The translations under genes and the position numbers were made by a program. DNA of 40,163 bases, taken from the IMG/VR virus record IMGVR_UViG_3300029179_000011, positions 1 through 40,163 of that record. One strand, written 5' to 3'. The notes under the pieces are model-generated. The model had not been told where the DNA came from and made no database searches. It worked only from the letters and a program-made list of their open reading frames with translations. The stretch comes from a virus. Its lineage: Duplodnaviria > Caudoviricetes. Positions 18,843 to 27,124 of this stretch are shown here, piece by piece. Position 1 is the first letter of the stretch. Each line of letters starts with the position of its first letter.

Positions 18843-19551
18843 TTTTTATACACTTCTCTTTCAAATCGGTATTTGCTGTGGGATCAGTCTTATAGCCCTC
18901 CGCGTGGGAGAGAAGTGTTTAAACTCCTGGCTCTGTCTTTTGGCTGTTGCCATGAATTTATTTGTCACTAAGCAGATTACTCTGCTGGGTCTTGATGTAA
19001 CGGCTTCGGAAGCGTTAGCGGTTGCCTATCTCCTGGGACTCAGCCTGATCCAAGAGTATTATGGAAAGGAAGCTGCACGCAAACATGTTTTTACAGCATT
19101 CCTCTGTTGCGTCGGCTTCCTTTTTCTTACTCAGACTCATTTATTTTTTGTTCCCAATCAGTATGACGTCATGCATGGGCATTTCAGTGCCATTCTTCAA
19201 CCCATCCCTCGTTTAATCCTAGCCTCTATGGCGAGCTTTTTCATGATTCAGCTAGTAGATATAGCCTTTTTCTCGTTCTTGCAATACAAGACAAATGGAA
19301 GGCATCTAACAATTAGGACGGGAACCTGTCTGATTGTATCCCAGATTTTAGATACCACTATCTTTTCTTACCTGGGTCTTTATGGATTAGTAGAGAATCT
19401 CACCCATGTGATGTTGGTGAGCTTTGTGATTAAGACAGCTACGATTTTTCTTGCATTGCCTTATGTTTCTTTCTCAAAAAGAATCATCTCCTTTAGGCAG
19501 CAAAAACCCCAGGCAGTCGCCTGGGGTCTTAATATAATGCACAATCCGTAG
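18835..19551 (+). CDS. yhhQ: Queuosine precursor transporter (VUT/YhhQ family)
   Basis: Multi-TM protein; NLFVTKQI.L.G..VT, IQEYYGKE.ARK, PR.I.AS...F...Q.VD and SQ.LDT.IFS.LGLYG motifs. Confidence 0.9.
   Translation: MHNFYTLLFQIGICCGISLIALRVGEKCLNSWLCLLAVAMNLFVTKQITLLGLDVTASEALAVAYLLGLSLIQEYYGKEAARKHVFTAFLCCVGFLFLTQTHLFFVPNQYDVMHGHFSAILQPIPRLILASMASFFMIQLVDIAFFSFLQYKTNGRHLTIRTGTCLIVSQILDTTIFSYLGLYGLVENLTHVMLVSFVIKTATIFLALPYVSFSKRIISFRQQKPQAVAWGLNIMHNP
19502..19527 (-). terminator. Intrinsic terminator for the leftward recombination operon
   Basis: ACCCCAGGC-AGTC-GCCTGGGGT perfect stem followed by a T-run on the minus strand; lies inside the 3' end of yhhQ. Confidence 0.7.
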
Positions 19552-19629
19552 TATTTCCTAATTAACGACTTATATTTGCAAGCTCCGTTGTTAATATTGT
19601 TTATACTGCGGGTGTCATTCTATCAAATT

Positions 19630-20484
19630 TTATCTATTTCCCATAATTTTCCAGCACTCGACTGGTTTTTTTCTAAACTTCTCTAGATCGACTCCTGTGA
19701 GCTGGGGAATTTTCCCGTAGTCGACGGATCCTTTCCTTAAGAAGCGGGTCACTTTTACGCCTCCACCTGTCGAACTCTGATTCCCGCACAAAGAAATTAA
19801 ACTCTCTCTTAGCTTTTTCTCCTCGCTCTCTAAGGCACTCAATTGGGAGTTGAGCTGTTTCCACTTCGAAGCTAACATGAACCACTCGGGATTGTCGATC
19901 TGGACGAAGTCCCTGTCGGTTAATTCGGGAGGATTGAGGTCTTGCATGCATATGTAAAACTCCTTCTCGATGGTAATTAATTTTTTAATATACTTATCAT
20001 CGCGGAAGAATTCAATAAGAACCCCCGCTTTGCCATCATATGAAAAATAATATCCCTTCTCCAACTGACATACCTCTAGCTGATGCTGAAGCTGAGGATA
20101 GTATTTATCAGGTATCTGCCCAGATAAAGCCTGCTGATGATCCTTTTCTCCAGGACATTTTATCTCAATTAATGTCTTCCCATCGGGGGATAAACCATCT
20201 AATGTGGCCATCATCCATGGCAATGAGTCATGAAATTTCACTTGAGGGGGAAGAGATTTTCCGAGTGAAAGTTCGATTTGTTCCCTTGCGAGTGGCTCTA
20301 GATTGTGCCCCCTCTCCATCGGGAATGTCATCTGCGTCTGAGGTAACAGATCGAGCTTCTTTTGCCATAGCGAGTAAGGAGTGTCATATGGAGACACCCC
20401 CATAATGACAGGGGCATCGCTGGCCCCTATCTTTTCTTTCCTCATGGCTTCCCATTCGGGAGTATTAGGAATTAAGTTACTCAT
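19630..20484 (-). CDS. YqaJ / lambda-exonuclease family recombination nuclease
   Basis: EW...R...IGASDA..IMGVSPY, M.RG..LE, A(T)LDG, IEIKC and YY.QLQHQL motifs; ATG 20484 after GGAGG. Confidence 0.92.
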   Translation of the reverse strand: MSNLIPNTPEWEAMRKEKIGASDAPVIMGVSPYDTPYSLWQKKLDLLPQTQMTFPMERGHNLEPLAREQIELSLGKSLPPQVKFHDSLPWMMATLDGLSPDGKTLIEIKCPGEKDHQQALSGQIPDKYYPQLQHQLEVCQLEKGYYFSYDGKAGVLIEFFRDDKYIKKLITIEKEFYICMQDLNPPELTDRDFVQIDNPEWFMLASKWKQLNSQLSALESEEKKLRESLISLCGNQSSTGGGVKVTRFLRKGSVDYGKIPQLTGVDLEKFRKKPVECWKIMGNR

Positions 20485-21121
20485 GTTCAGCCTCCATCTC
20501 ATCTAATTTAGAGACGATCCTCTTACGAATGGCATCGTAATTTTCTTTAGGTAGATTCTCAAAAGAGGTTAACCCTAACTTCTTGAGGTAATCTTTTACA
20601 TTAGACCTAAAGCCGTCTTCGCACTGATCAAGTAGAAGCTCAAGTTCAGTAGCTTGACCCGTGGTAATTATCCCTTTAGCGGGAGCAGCTGCTGGTTTCT
20701 TAAATGTCGCAGCAGGAGGAACTGGCTGCGTATAGGTAGCCGCATTGCCATCATCGTCCTCATCTGTAGTAACACCTACCAAGGCAGCTAAACTGTACCG
20801 TCTCATGTAGGTAATAGCTGATCCAATACTTTGGGCATCTTGCTTGGCTGATAAGACAGGAAGGCAAGAGCGAACCCACTGACCGCTTGCATGAGCAAGA
20901 GTAGTGAGCAGCACGAGCTGGCCATCTTTATAGTCCATCATCTGAAGAACGGAGAGACCGTTCTTAGTGAGAGGGTCTTTACAGGCGCTCCACACGCTGG
21001 CTAAGTCGGCATATTTACTCTTAAAGAAGGGATTCACGCTGTCTTTAAGAGCCGGCTGGATCTCTGCCTGTGCCTTAGAAAGGGCTGTTGCTAATTCGTT
21101 GATTTGCTCTGATTGGTTCAT
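20477..21121 (-). CDS. ERF-family single-strand annealing protein
   Basis: KDS.NPFFKSKYADL, H.SGQW and Q..GSAITY.RRYSL.A.VG...DEDDDGN motifs. Confidence 0.93.
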   Translation of the reverse strand: MNQSEQINELATALSKAQAEIQPALKDSVNPFFKSKYADLASVWSACKDPLTKNGLSVLQMMDYKDGQLVLLTTLAHASGQWVRSCLPVLSAKQDAQSIGSAITYMRRYSLAALVGVTTDEDDDGNAATYTQPVPPAATFKKPAAAPAKGIITTGQATELELLLDQCEDGFRSNVKDYLKKLGLTSFENLPKENYDAIRKRIVSKLDEMEAEHE

Positions 21122-21122
21122 G

Positions 21123-21503
21123 TTAAACTCCTACATTCTTGTATGTTAATGATTTTAAATATTGATTGTTAGCCTCTACCCAACCATTAAGCACGGCTGA
21201 AAAGTTGGAGTCAGTTGTCCGATTTTTCCGGACAACTGGTACATTATCTCGGACAACTGGAACTATCTGGGAATTCCGGATAGTTGAAACGGCAAGCTCT
21301 AGCTTAGGGATCTTCATATCTACCACATGAGTCAGCTCTTCTAGATATCGCTCTAGGCTTTCGGCATCAAACTCTTCTAATCCATAGAGCTGATCTAAAA
21401 CGGCTCTCAACCAGTACATCACATCTGTGATTTTGTTTTCCTTTTCGGAACACTCAAAGCACTCAGGCTCTGCGTAAGGTTCATCGTATTGATAACTAAA
21501 CAT
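21123..21503 (-). CDS. Hypothetical protein
   Basis: 126 aa, AGGAG RBS, first gene of the leftward operon. Confidence 0.7.
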   Translation of the reverse strand: MFSYQYDEPYAEPECFECSEKENKITDVMYWLRAVLDQLYGLEEFDAESLERYLEELTHVVDMKIPKLELAVSTIRNSQIVPVVRDNVPVVRKNRTTDSNFSAVLNGWVEANNQYLKSLTYKNVGV

Positions 21504-21597
21504 GGCTAAACTCCTAAAATGTCAATTTTATTCTATACTCTTTATTCCACTTCTTGCTAACGCTTGTCTACCAGAACAGAGAAGAACTAGCATATGT

Positions 21598-21642
21598 CGT
21601 TAACATGTTAACAACATACCAGACCCGTTAACATATTAACAA
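21598..21642. promoter_or_regulatory. Two operator-like palindromes CGTTAACATRTTAACAA in the divergent control region
   Basis: GTTAACATGTTAAC (21599-21612, perfect palindrome) and GTTAACATATTAAC (21627-21640). Confidence 0.65.
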
Positions 21643-21656
21643 GCAAAAAATCAGGG

Positions 21657-21685
21657 TTGCAAATTAAAATGAGTGTTAATAGGAT
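21657..21685 (+). promoter_or_regulatory. Putative rightward sigma70-type promoter
   Basis: TTGCAA-17nt-TAGGAT upstream of the Cro-like gene. Confidence 0.45.
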
Positions 21686-21717
21686 AACGGGCGATTTACC
21701 TAGGAGTGAACGGATAT

Positions 21718-21969
21718 ATGAAACTGCGTGAGTATTTAGATAAGAATAAAATTTCCATCAGTGACTTTGCTCGGCAATCCGAATTTACACGAACTTATTT
21801 ATCTCTTTTGCTCTCTGGCAAGACGCGCATCAGTCCGCGCACGGCAAAACTCTTAGCTATGTCTACCAAAGGAGAGGTTAGTGAAGAAGAACTATTAAGC
21901 ATGCATAAAGATGGTATTTTAAGAGAAAGAAATACAAAGAAAAATGTAGATAAAAATAGGGATAAATAA
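21718..21969 (+). CDS. Cro-like XRE-family HTH regulator
   Basis: MKLREYL......SDFA.....TRTYLS.LLSG...IS...AK...T.GEVS.EEL; first gene of the rightward operon. Confidence 0.8.
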   Translation: MKLREYLDKNKISISDFARQSEFTRTYLSLLLSGKTRISPRTAKLLAMSTKGEVSEEELLSMHKDGILRERNTKKNVDKNRDK

Positions 21970-21988
21970 TTATTTTCTGGAGAATAAG

Positions 21989-22019
21989 AAAGGCCAGGAA
22001 GAAAATCTTCCCAGCCTTT
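21989..22019. terminator. Hairpin downstream of the Cro-like gene
   Basis: AAAGGC.GGAAGA-AAA-TCTTCC..GCCTTT imperfect stem; T-rich tail on the minus strand. Confidence 0.45.
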
Positions 22020-22225
22020 AAGTTGACATTTTAGGATCTAGTTACTTTAGCCGGTCTCTAGATACCTGGATTGCGACCCATGAGAATCAAAACCACACAA
22101 GGTAAAAACTCTAATGTTGCCTATCATCTTAAAGTCGTTCGCTTTTTTCTCCAATACAAAAATATATTTTTTTTCTGAAGTACTTAACCGAAGTGCACGT
22201 TTTGCTTACACGGGGTGGCAAAATG

Positions 22226-22254
22226 AAAAAAGCCAGTCGTGTGTGACTGGCTTT
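22226..22254 (-). terminator. Intrinsic terminator upstream of the initiator, strongest on the antisense strand
   Basis: AAAGCCAGTC-6nt-GACTGGCTTT; the minus strand reads ...GACTGGCTTTTTT. Confidence 0.65.
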
Positions 22255-22298
22255 AACTATTTAGCAATGATATTTACCAACAAGGATTTCTCCTTATA
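22226..22298 (-). ncRNA. Candidate ~70-nt antisense RNA covering the initiator translation-initiation region
   Basis: Minus-strand TTGCTG (22333-22328)-17nt-TACATT (22310-22305) with extended TGn, ending at the U-tailed hairpin. Confidence 0.45.
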
Positions 22299-23443
22299 TG
22301 ACTGAATGTACCACAATCGACAGCAACCAGCAACAAAAATCGAAGACCACTATTCGAGTGGCTCATAACAGAGAAAATCCCTTTGTTATGATTAATCGGT
22401 CAGCTTTGAGGCATCCCAAGTTGACTCTCAAAGCTCGTGGCCTGTGGGCTTATCTTCTTTCCTTCCCTGATGATTGGGAATTTAACATGGCTCATTTGGT
22501 CAACACCCTTCCTGAAGGGCGCACTGCCATTTACAATGCATTTGATGAACTTATCGAACATGGATATGTCATTAGATTACAATACCATGGATCTAAAGCC
22601 CATAATACTGTGGGATTCCAAAAGCTCCAATATATCATTTTTGAGTTTCCTTCCACTCCCGAAGAACGGGAACTTAAGTACTCGGAGTTTGAAAAACATT
22701 GCATTCATTCAGGGCAGATTAAAATAAATTCTGTGCATTCAGGTTTTGTGAATACAGGTTCTGTGAATGCAGGTAATCAACCACTACGTAATAGTGATAG
22801 TGAATATGAAAATGAAGATAAGAATATTAATGCGCCACCTGAAGGTGACGCCAAACCAAAACCCTCTTCTTTATCAGACGCGAAAAAGAAGACACCTAAA
22901 GTTCCATTCCGATCAGCCTGTCTCAAAGAGAGACTTCCTGACCATCCAGCCACTGAAAAATTCAAAAATTATTTTGACACACCACTCATTGGCATAGACG
23001 ATCGTGACCATGAGGAGCTTGTCGCTCAGTATGGGGCTAAACTTGTAAGTGACGCTTACGAGTTCCTGGCTGATTGGAAGCTATCTAAAGCTGAAGTATC
23101 TCCTAAGACAGTCAAAGAGCACACAGATCTACGCAGATTAAAGAAATGGGTCTTTGCTGAGCTGCTCAAGAATCCCCAGAAGATGACGGGGGTAGGATCT
23201 CATCGTAAGTGGGCTATCGAGATTGATAAGAAGCCATTAGATCCAGTGGAAAAGAGAAGATATGCATGGGGGACTAAGACCGAAAAGAGAGAGGAAGAAC
23301 TATTAGACTACTTGAAAAAGGTGCACAAAAAGGAGGGTCGTCTCCTCGGTAAAATGTCTAATGCGCAAGTGGATGAATTAGAGGCTGAGATGTTGCAATA
23401 TCTTGAGAAGCAAGGAGATGGCAATGAGCTGGGATCGCTTTAA
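22298..23443 (+). CDS. Replication initiator protein (N-terminal winged HTH)
   Basis: NPFVMI.R..L....LT.KARGL.AYLLS.PDDW.F...EGRTAI..A..EL.E.GY; internal iterons; followed by a DnaC-like ATPase. Confidence 0.8.
   Translation: MTECTTIDSNQQQKSKTTIRVAHNRENPFVMINRSALRHPKLTLKARGLWAYLLSFPDDWEFNMAHLVNTLPEGRTAIYNAFDELIEHGYVIRLQYHGSKAHNTVGFQKLQYIIFEFPSTPEERELKYSEFEKHCIHSGQIKINSVHSGFVNTGSVNAGNQPLRNSDSEYENEDKNINAPPEGDAKPKPSSLSDAKKKTPKVPFRSACLKERLPDHPATEKFKNYFDTPLIGIDDRDHEELVAQYGAKLVSDAYEFLADWKLSKAEVSPKTVKEHTDLRRLKKWVFAELLKNPQKMTGVGSHRKWAIEIDKKPLDPVEKRRYAWGTKTEKREEELLDYLKKVHKKEGRLLGKMSNAQVDELEAEMLQYLEKQGDGNELGSL
22730..22774 (+). repeat. Three 15-bp tandem iterons; putative replication origin inside the initiator gene
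   Basis: TCTGTGCATTCAGGT / TTTGTGAATACAGGT / TCTGTGAATGCAGGT, a partial copy at 22700-22714, and an AT-rich tract just downstream. Confidence 0.65.
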
Positions 23444-23966
23444 GGAGATAAATAGTATTTTAAAAGTCTATAGCGACTGCTCCTTAAAAACTCTCGATCA
23501 GAAGCAGAATGATGCTAAAGGCTTTCTTGATCATCCAGGCCCTCTCTTGCTTCAAGGTGAATGCGGAACCGGCAAGACCTACTTTATGTTCACCCTTATC
23601 AGGGAGATCTTTGAGACTAAGAAGAGGCATATCTCTGAAGTGCTCTTTATGAGAGCGAAGAATCTGAGTGATAAGATGGAAGAGGAGTTTAAGAAATATG
23701 GCTCAACTCATGGTGTTATTGAAAGGGTTGTGGAAGCCCCTTACCTTTTCATTGATGACTTTGGTGTTCAGGGTAAAGGGGACAGGATGGAGAGAGACTT
23801 TTATGAGATTGTCGATGTACGGATGGGAAATATGCAGCCTACTGTTTTTTCTACTAATCTGACAGACGAGGAGATAAGGGACACATTCGGTGCTCGTATC
23901 CACTCTAGGCTTAAAGTGTGTGAAAAACTGTTATTTAACGGAGAAGATCGAAGGAGTTACTTTTGA
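23424..23966 (+). CDS. DnaC/IstB-like AAA+ helicase loader
   Basis: Walker A GECGTGKT, Walker B LFIDDFG, PTVFSTNL and GARI.SRL motifs. Confidence 0.9.
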   Translation: MSWDRFKEINSILKVYSDCSLKTLDQKQNDAKGFLDHPGPLLLQGECGTGKTYFMFTLIREIFETKKRHISEVLFMRAKNLSDKMEEEFKKYGSTHGVIERVVEAPYLFIDDFGVQGKGDRMERDFYEIVDVRMGNMQPTVFSTNLTDEEIRDTFGARIHSRLKVCEKLLFNGEDRRSYF

Positions 23967-24301
23967 TAAACAAGATAAAACTTACTGCTACTAAAATTGA
24001 TTTCTTAATCCATACCTGTGAAGAACTGAATTTCCCTCAGTTTCTTCAAGCCTGTAGATCCGCTCATGGTCTAACGAGAAGAGAAGTGTGTAACGACTTG
24101 AAGTTCTCAGAGATGAGGATGTTCTGGCTGGAGAATGGGTTTTTTAAAAAGGAGATTCCCAAACAGGACATCTGCCGTCTGGCTGAGTATTACACTATTC
24201 CACTGAATTTAATGATCGCTAAGTACCAGGTCTTTAGAGACCTTTGCTTAACTAAACCTCAAACGTATTACGTACCTAAAAAGGCAAGGAAGAAGAAATG
24301 A
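23963..24301 (+). CDS. XRE-like HTH protein
   Basis: F..FL...R...GLTRREV........R...LENG......D...LAEYY. Confidence 0.65.
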   Translation: MINKIKLTATKIDFLIHTCEELNFPQFLQACRSAHGLTRREVCNDLKFSEMRMFWLENGFFKKEIPKQDICRLAEYYTIPLNLMIAKYQVFRDLCLTKPQTYYVPKKARKKK

Positions 24302-24636
24302 GTGATCCATGCTGGGAGATAGCCGAATGCGCCAAGATCCTATCGGCTGAGTTTAGAGATGACTTCATTCACTTTATGATGGATCTGTCCAAGGACATCA
24401 GCAATAAAGCGGGTGCCAGAGATAACGACACACTAAGCCATATCCTGATGCTCATCAACTGCGGACTTTGTGTGATGTGGATGGCAACCGAGTTGTCCCA
24501 TTACGAACCGACTACCGCTGATAAGCTAATGGAGATGTTCATCGACGAGATACGAAAGACAACCCCTGAGCTACATAAGCAATATGTGCAACTCATGGAA
24601 AGGAATGGAGAAGGGAATGGCCAAGGCGCGCATTGA
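24298..24636 (+). CDS. Hypothetical protein
   Basis: 112 aa, ATGA-coupled. Confidence 0.65.
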   Translation: MSDPCWEIAECAKILSAEFRDDFIHFMMDLSKDISNKAGARDNDTLSHILMLINCGLCVMWMATELSHYEPTTADKLMEMFIDEIRKTTPELHKQYVQLMERNGEGNGQGAH

Positions 24637-25336
24637 GATCCCAGGCGATCCGATTGGATGGAAGAGGCCAGCTAATAAGACTTATGGTAATAAGCACTGG
24701 CGGTTCGATAGCCAAAAGAAAGAGAAGGAGGTCGTTCGATCCCATTTGCATATAGCATACGGAAAGAATCGCGCTCAATGGTCTTTATTTGGCGACAGGG
24801 AAGCGATCGCTATTAACCTGACCTTCTACCTGCCTATTAACCGATCGGATAGCCAAGGGGCTGCAAATGCGAAATTATGGGGTTTTCAACCAGCCAATGA
24901 GAAGCCTGATGCCGATAACCTAGCTAAATTCTATTTGGACTGCATCAATGGTATCTTCTGGAGTGATGATAAACGAGTAAACGAATTACATGTTAAGAAG
25001 AAATATAGCGAAAAACCTAGAACAATAATAGAAATTATGACAAAAAATAATTTGAATCTCCCTCCGAATATTGAGGGAATACTGAGCGTTTTTGGGCCGA
25101 ATGAGCTGAAGGAGTTCGCCAAACATGTTAAACGGCTGTCTTACCTTACTGAAGCAAACGTGCTTGAGGGGATGGAAGAAGGTGAAAGATCTACTCACGA
25201 ACGGTGGCTGGCCTGGACCGCCGTGCTGCTGAGTAAATTTGCAGAAGAACACGCTGATAATTTAAAGAAAATACTGAAATATAAAGATTTAGATAAAGAA
25301 ATAAAAGAAATGCAATTAGAGGTTATCAATGAGTAA
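24617..25336 (+). CDS. rusA: RusA-family Holliday junction resolvase with C-terminal extension
   Basis: IPGDP..WKRP and KPDADNL.K..LD..NGI.W.DD..V motifs. Confidence 0.88.
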   Translation: MAKARIEIPGDPIGWKRPANKTYGNKHWRFDSQKKEKEVVRSHLHIAYGKNRAQWSLFGDREAIAINLTFYLPINRSDSQGAANAKLWGFQPANEKPDADNLAKFYLDCINGIFWSDDKRVNELHVKKKYSEKPRTIIEIMTKNNLNLPPNIEGILSVFGPNELKEFAKHVKRLSYLTEANVLEGMEEGERSTHERWLAWTAVLLSKFAEEHADNLKKILKYKDLDKEIKEMQLEVINE

Positions 25337-25814
25337 ATTACAGAAACTATATGAGGAATACAAATCACTGCTTGATATGGATGAACCGCCTAAGGGATCA
25401 GTCCGCACTCTGTTTAAGAAGTTTATCGTGCCTGCGATGTTCTCTTTGGAATCCCGTATCAACGGACTTTGTAATAAAGCTAAAGACCAACCCGAACTTC
25501 CTCTCAGGAACAAAGTAACGCATGAGATTCCTGAAGGATGGGTATTATCCAAAGAGTTCAGTGATACAACTAAAATTATTTCTAAGGGTTTTTTATTGAA
25601 CATGATCCTTCACGACATTAATCTTAAGCCATTTGGGAAAAAAATAGGGCATTGGATGTATGTCGATAAGCAGGGATTAATAGATTTTTTCAACTCACCT
25701 TTTGGACGAGAGAACTATAGGCGTAATGCCCAAAAAGTAGATCTCTATTTCAAGAGACTAGAACAGGAGAAATTAAAGAATGAGCAGCAACGGCAAGGAG
25801 AAGCTGATAGCTAA
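25329..25814 (+). CDS. Hypothetical protein (possible C-terminal excisionase-like HTH)
   Basis: 161 aa; KKIGHWMYVD segment. Confidence 0.6.
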   Translation: MSKLQKLYEEYKSLLDMDEPPKGSVRTLFKKFIVPAMFSLESRINGLCNKAKDQPELPLRNKVTHEIPEGWVLSKEFSDTTKIISKGFLLNMILHDINLKPFGKKIGHWMYVDKQGLIDFFNSPFGRENYRRNAQKVDLYFKRLEQEKLKNEQQRQGEADS

Positions 25815-26001
25815 AATTCAGCACTATTATGATGCCATGGTTATGGCAAAACAGACTAATGAAGACCTGGCTATGTCAGCTCACGATCACCTGGACAAGG
25901 AACATCGGAAGCTCATGAGCCAATGTTTTCATACTGTAGTGATTCAATTTGAAGAGATATTCAAGGAATTCCTTTACAATGCAGATGGTAATGAATCTTA
26001 A
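25780..26001 (+). CDS. Hypothetical protein
   Basis: 73 aa in a tightly packed operon, AGGAG upstream. Confidence 0.6.
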   Translation: MSSNGKEKLIAKIQHYYDAMVMAKQTNEDLAMSAHDHLDKEHRKLMSQCFHTVVIQFEEIFKEFLYNADGNES

Positions 26002-26236
26002 TATGGAACCTCACTTTTTGTGCTCTTTCAGAGCTGGCGAGGCTGCCATGGACGTGCTCGACTTTCTCCCCGATGGGGACATGGTCGAGACCCTTAAGAA
26101 TCTCATTTACATTCAGCATGATCTCTTCATCCATATGATCGAAGGGAAGCACTATGGATCAAACAGCTTAAGGGATTTCATGGATTACGTGCAAGAAACA
26201 AAAGAGGAAATGAGGAGGCTTAGAGATGCCTTCTAA
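25949..26236 (+). CDS. Hypothetical protein (true start possibly 26003)
   Basis: ORF fills the operon gap. Confidence 0.55.
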   Translation: MKRYSRNSFTMQMVMNLNMEPHFLCSFRAGEAAMDVLDFLPDGDMVETLKNLIYIQHDLFIHMIEGKHYGSNSLRDFMDYVQETKEEMRRLRDAF

Positions 26237-26558
26237 GGAAGAAAGCCCTAAGCCTCGTGCGTTTCCATGCAAAATTGGGATTGATTTTTGGATGAAAACC
26301 CATCCCAAGCCGGAGGATCCTACCAAGAAGCAGAGACGCCCGAGCCAGGTTTTTTACAAGTACACCGACGCTCATTCGGACATTGATGGGTGGGCTGATC
26401 CTCATCTCTGGATTCCCTATCCCTTCGATCTTTGCTATCTGAAGACAGACAGGAAGACAAGGACAGGCTGGTGGACAGGAAAGGACTGGGATGGAGTGCG
26501 TCTGCGTAGTGAAGAGAAAGTATTATATTGGAAGAAATGTAATGAGGATATGAGTTAA
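26226..26558 (+). CDS. Trp-rich hypothetical protein (DUF551-like C-terminus)
   Basis: GAGGAGG RBS; GW.D....P...L...GWW.G..W......V.YW. Confidence 0.6.
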   Translation: MPSKEESPKPRAFPCKIGIDFWMKTHPKPEDPTKKQRRPSQVFYKYTDAHSDIDGWADPHLWIPYPFDLCYLKTDRKTRTGWWTGKDWDGVRLRSEEKVLYWKKCNEDMS

Positions 26559-26806
26559 TGATTACGAATATAAAGAAAGTAAATTACACAGTTGTTGAAT
26601 TAGATAGAAACGATTTAATCAACTTATTATTAGGGCACACGATAGAAGATGAGACAACACGAGCACTTGATGACAAGGTGGAACCACATATTTTTCGGCT
26701 TTATTGTTCTTCACCTGCTGATCCTCACCAACTTATTAATCAACTTACCCACATTGAGAGGCAAAATGAAAAAAAAGTATCCCAAAGGGCCGAAAGCGAA
26801 AGCTAA
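26558..26806 (+). CDS. Hypothetical protein
   Basis: 82 aa, TAATG coupling. Confidence 0.6.
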   Translation: MITNIKKVNYTVVELDRNDLINLLLGHTIEDETTRALDDKVEPHIFRLYCSSPADPHQLINQLTHIERQNEKKVSQRAESES

Positions 26807-26939
26807 GGTTAAGAAGGTTATGGAAGAGTTTAAGGCCGGAGACCTTCATAGCGGAAGTAAATCAGGCCCTGTTGTTACAAATCCGAAGCAGGCCGTGGCT
26901 ATCTCCTTGAGCGAAGCACGGAAAGGAAAGAAGAAATGA
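26766..26939 (+). CDS. DUF6496-like small basic protein
   Basis: KVKKVMEEFKAGDLHSGSKSGPVVTNPKQAVAISLSEARK; ATG 26766 after GAGG. Confidence 0.8.
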   Translation: MKKKYPKGPKAKAKVKKVMEEFKAGDLHSGSKSGPVVTNPKQAVAISLSEARKGKKK

Positions 26940-27124
26940 GAGTGGATGCTGAGATTCACATAGAAATAAAGACATCTCATAACGATCTACAGCAATTAGA
27001 TATTTTAGAGTTGATTACTCAGGCGTTATGGGATGTAGAGGCTTTTAGAAACATCCAGATTTACGATTATAAAATAGATTTAGGGGGAGGAGATGTCCTT
27101 AAAAAATCAGAGTTCGATAAGTAA
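26936..27124 (+). CDS. Hypothetical protein
   Basis: 62 aa, ATGA-coupled. Confidence 0.55.
   Translation: MRVDAEIHIEIKTSHNDLQQLDILELITQALWDVEAFRNIQIYDYKIDLGGGDVLKKSEFDK

Noticed and set aside
19495-19535. IS200/IS605-like end hairpin
   Set aside because: No transposase or TnpB and no second end; the T-tail fits an ordinary terminator
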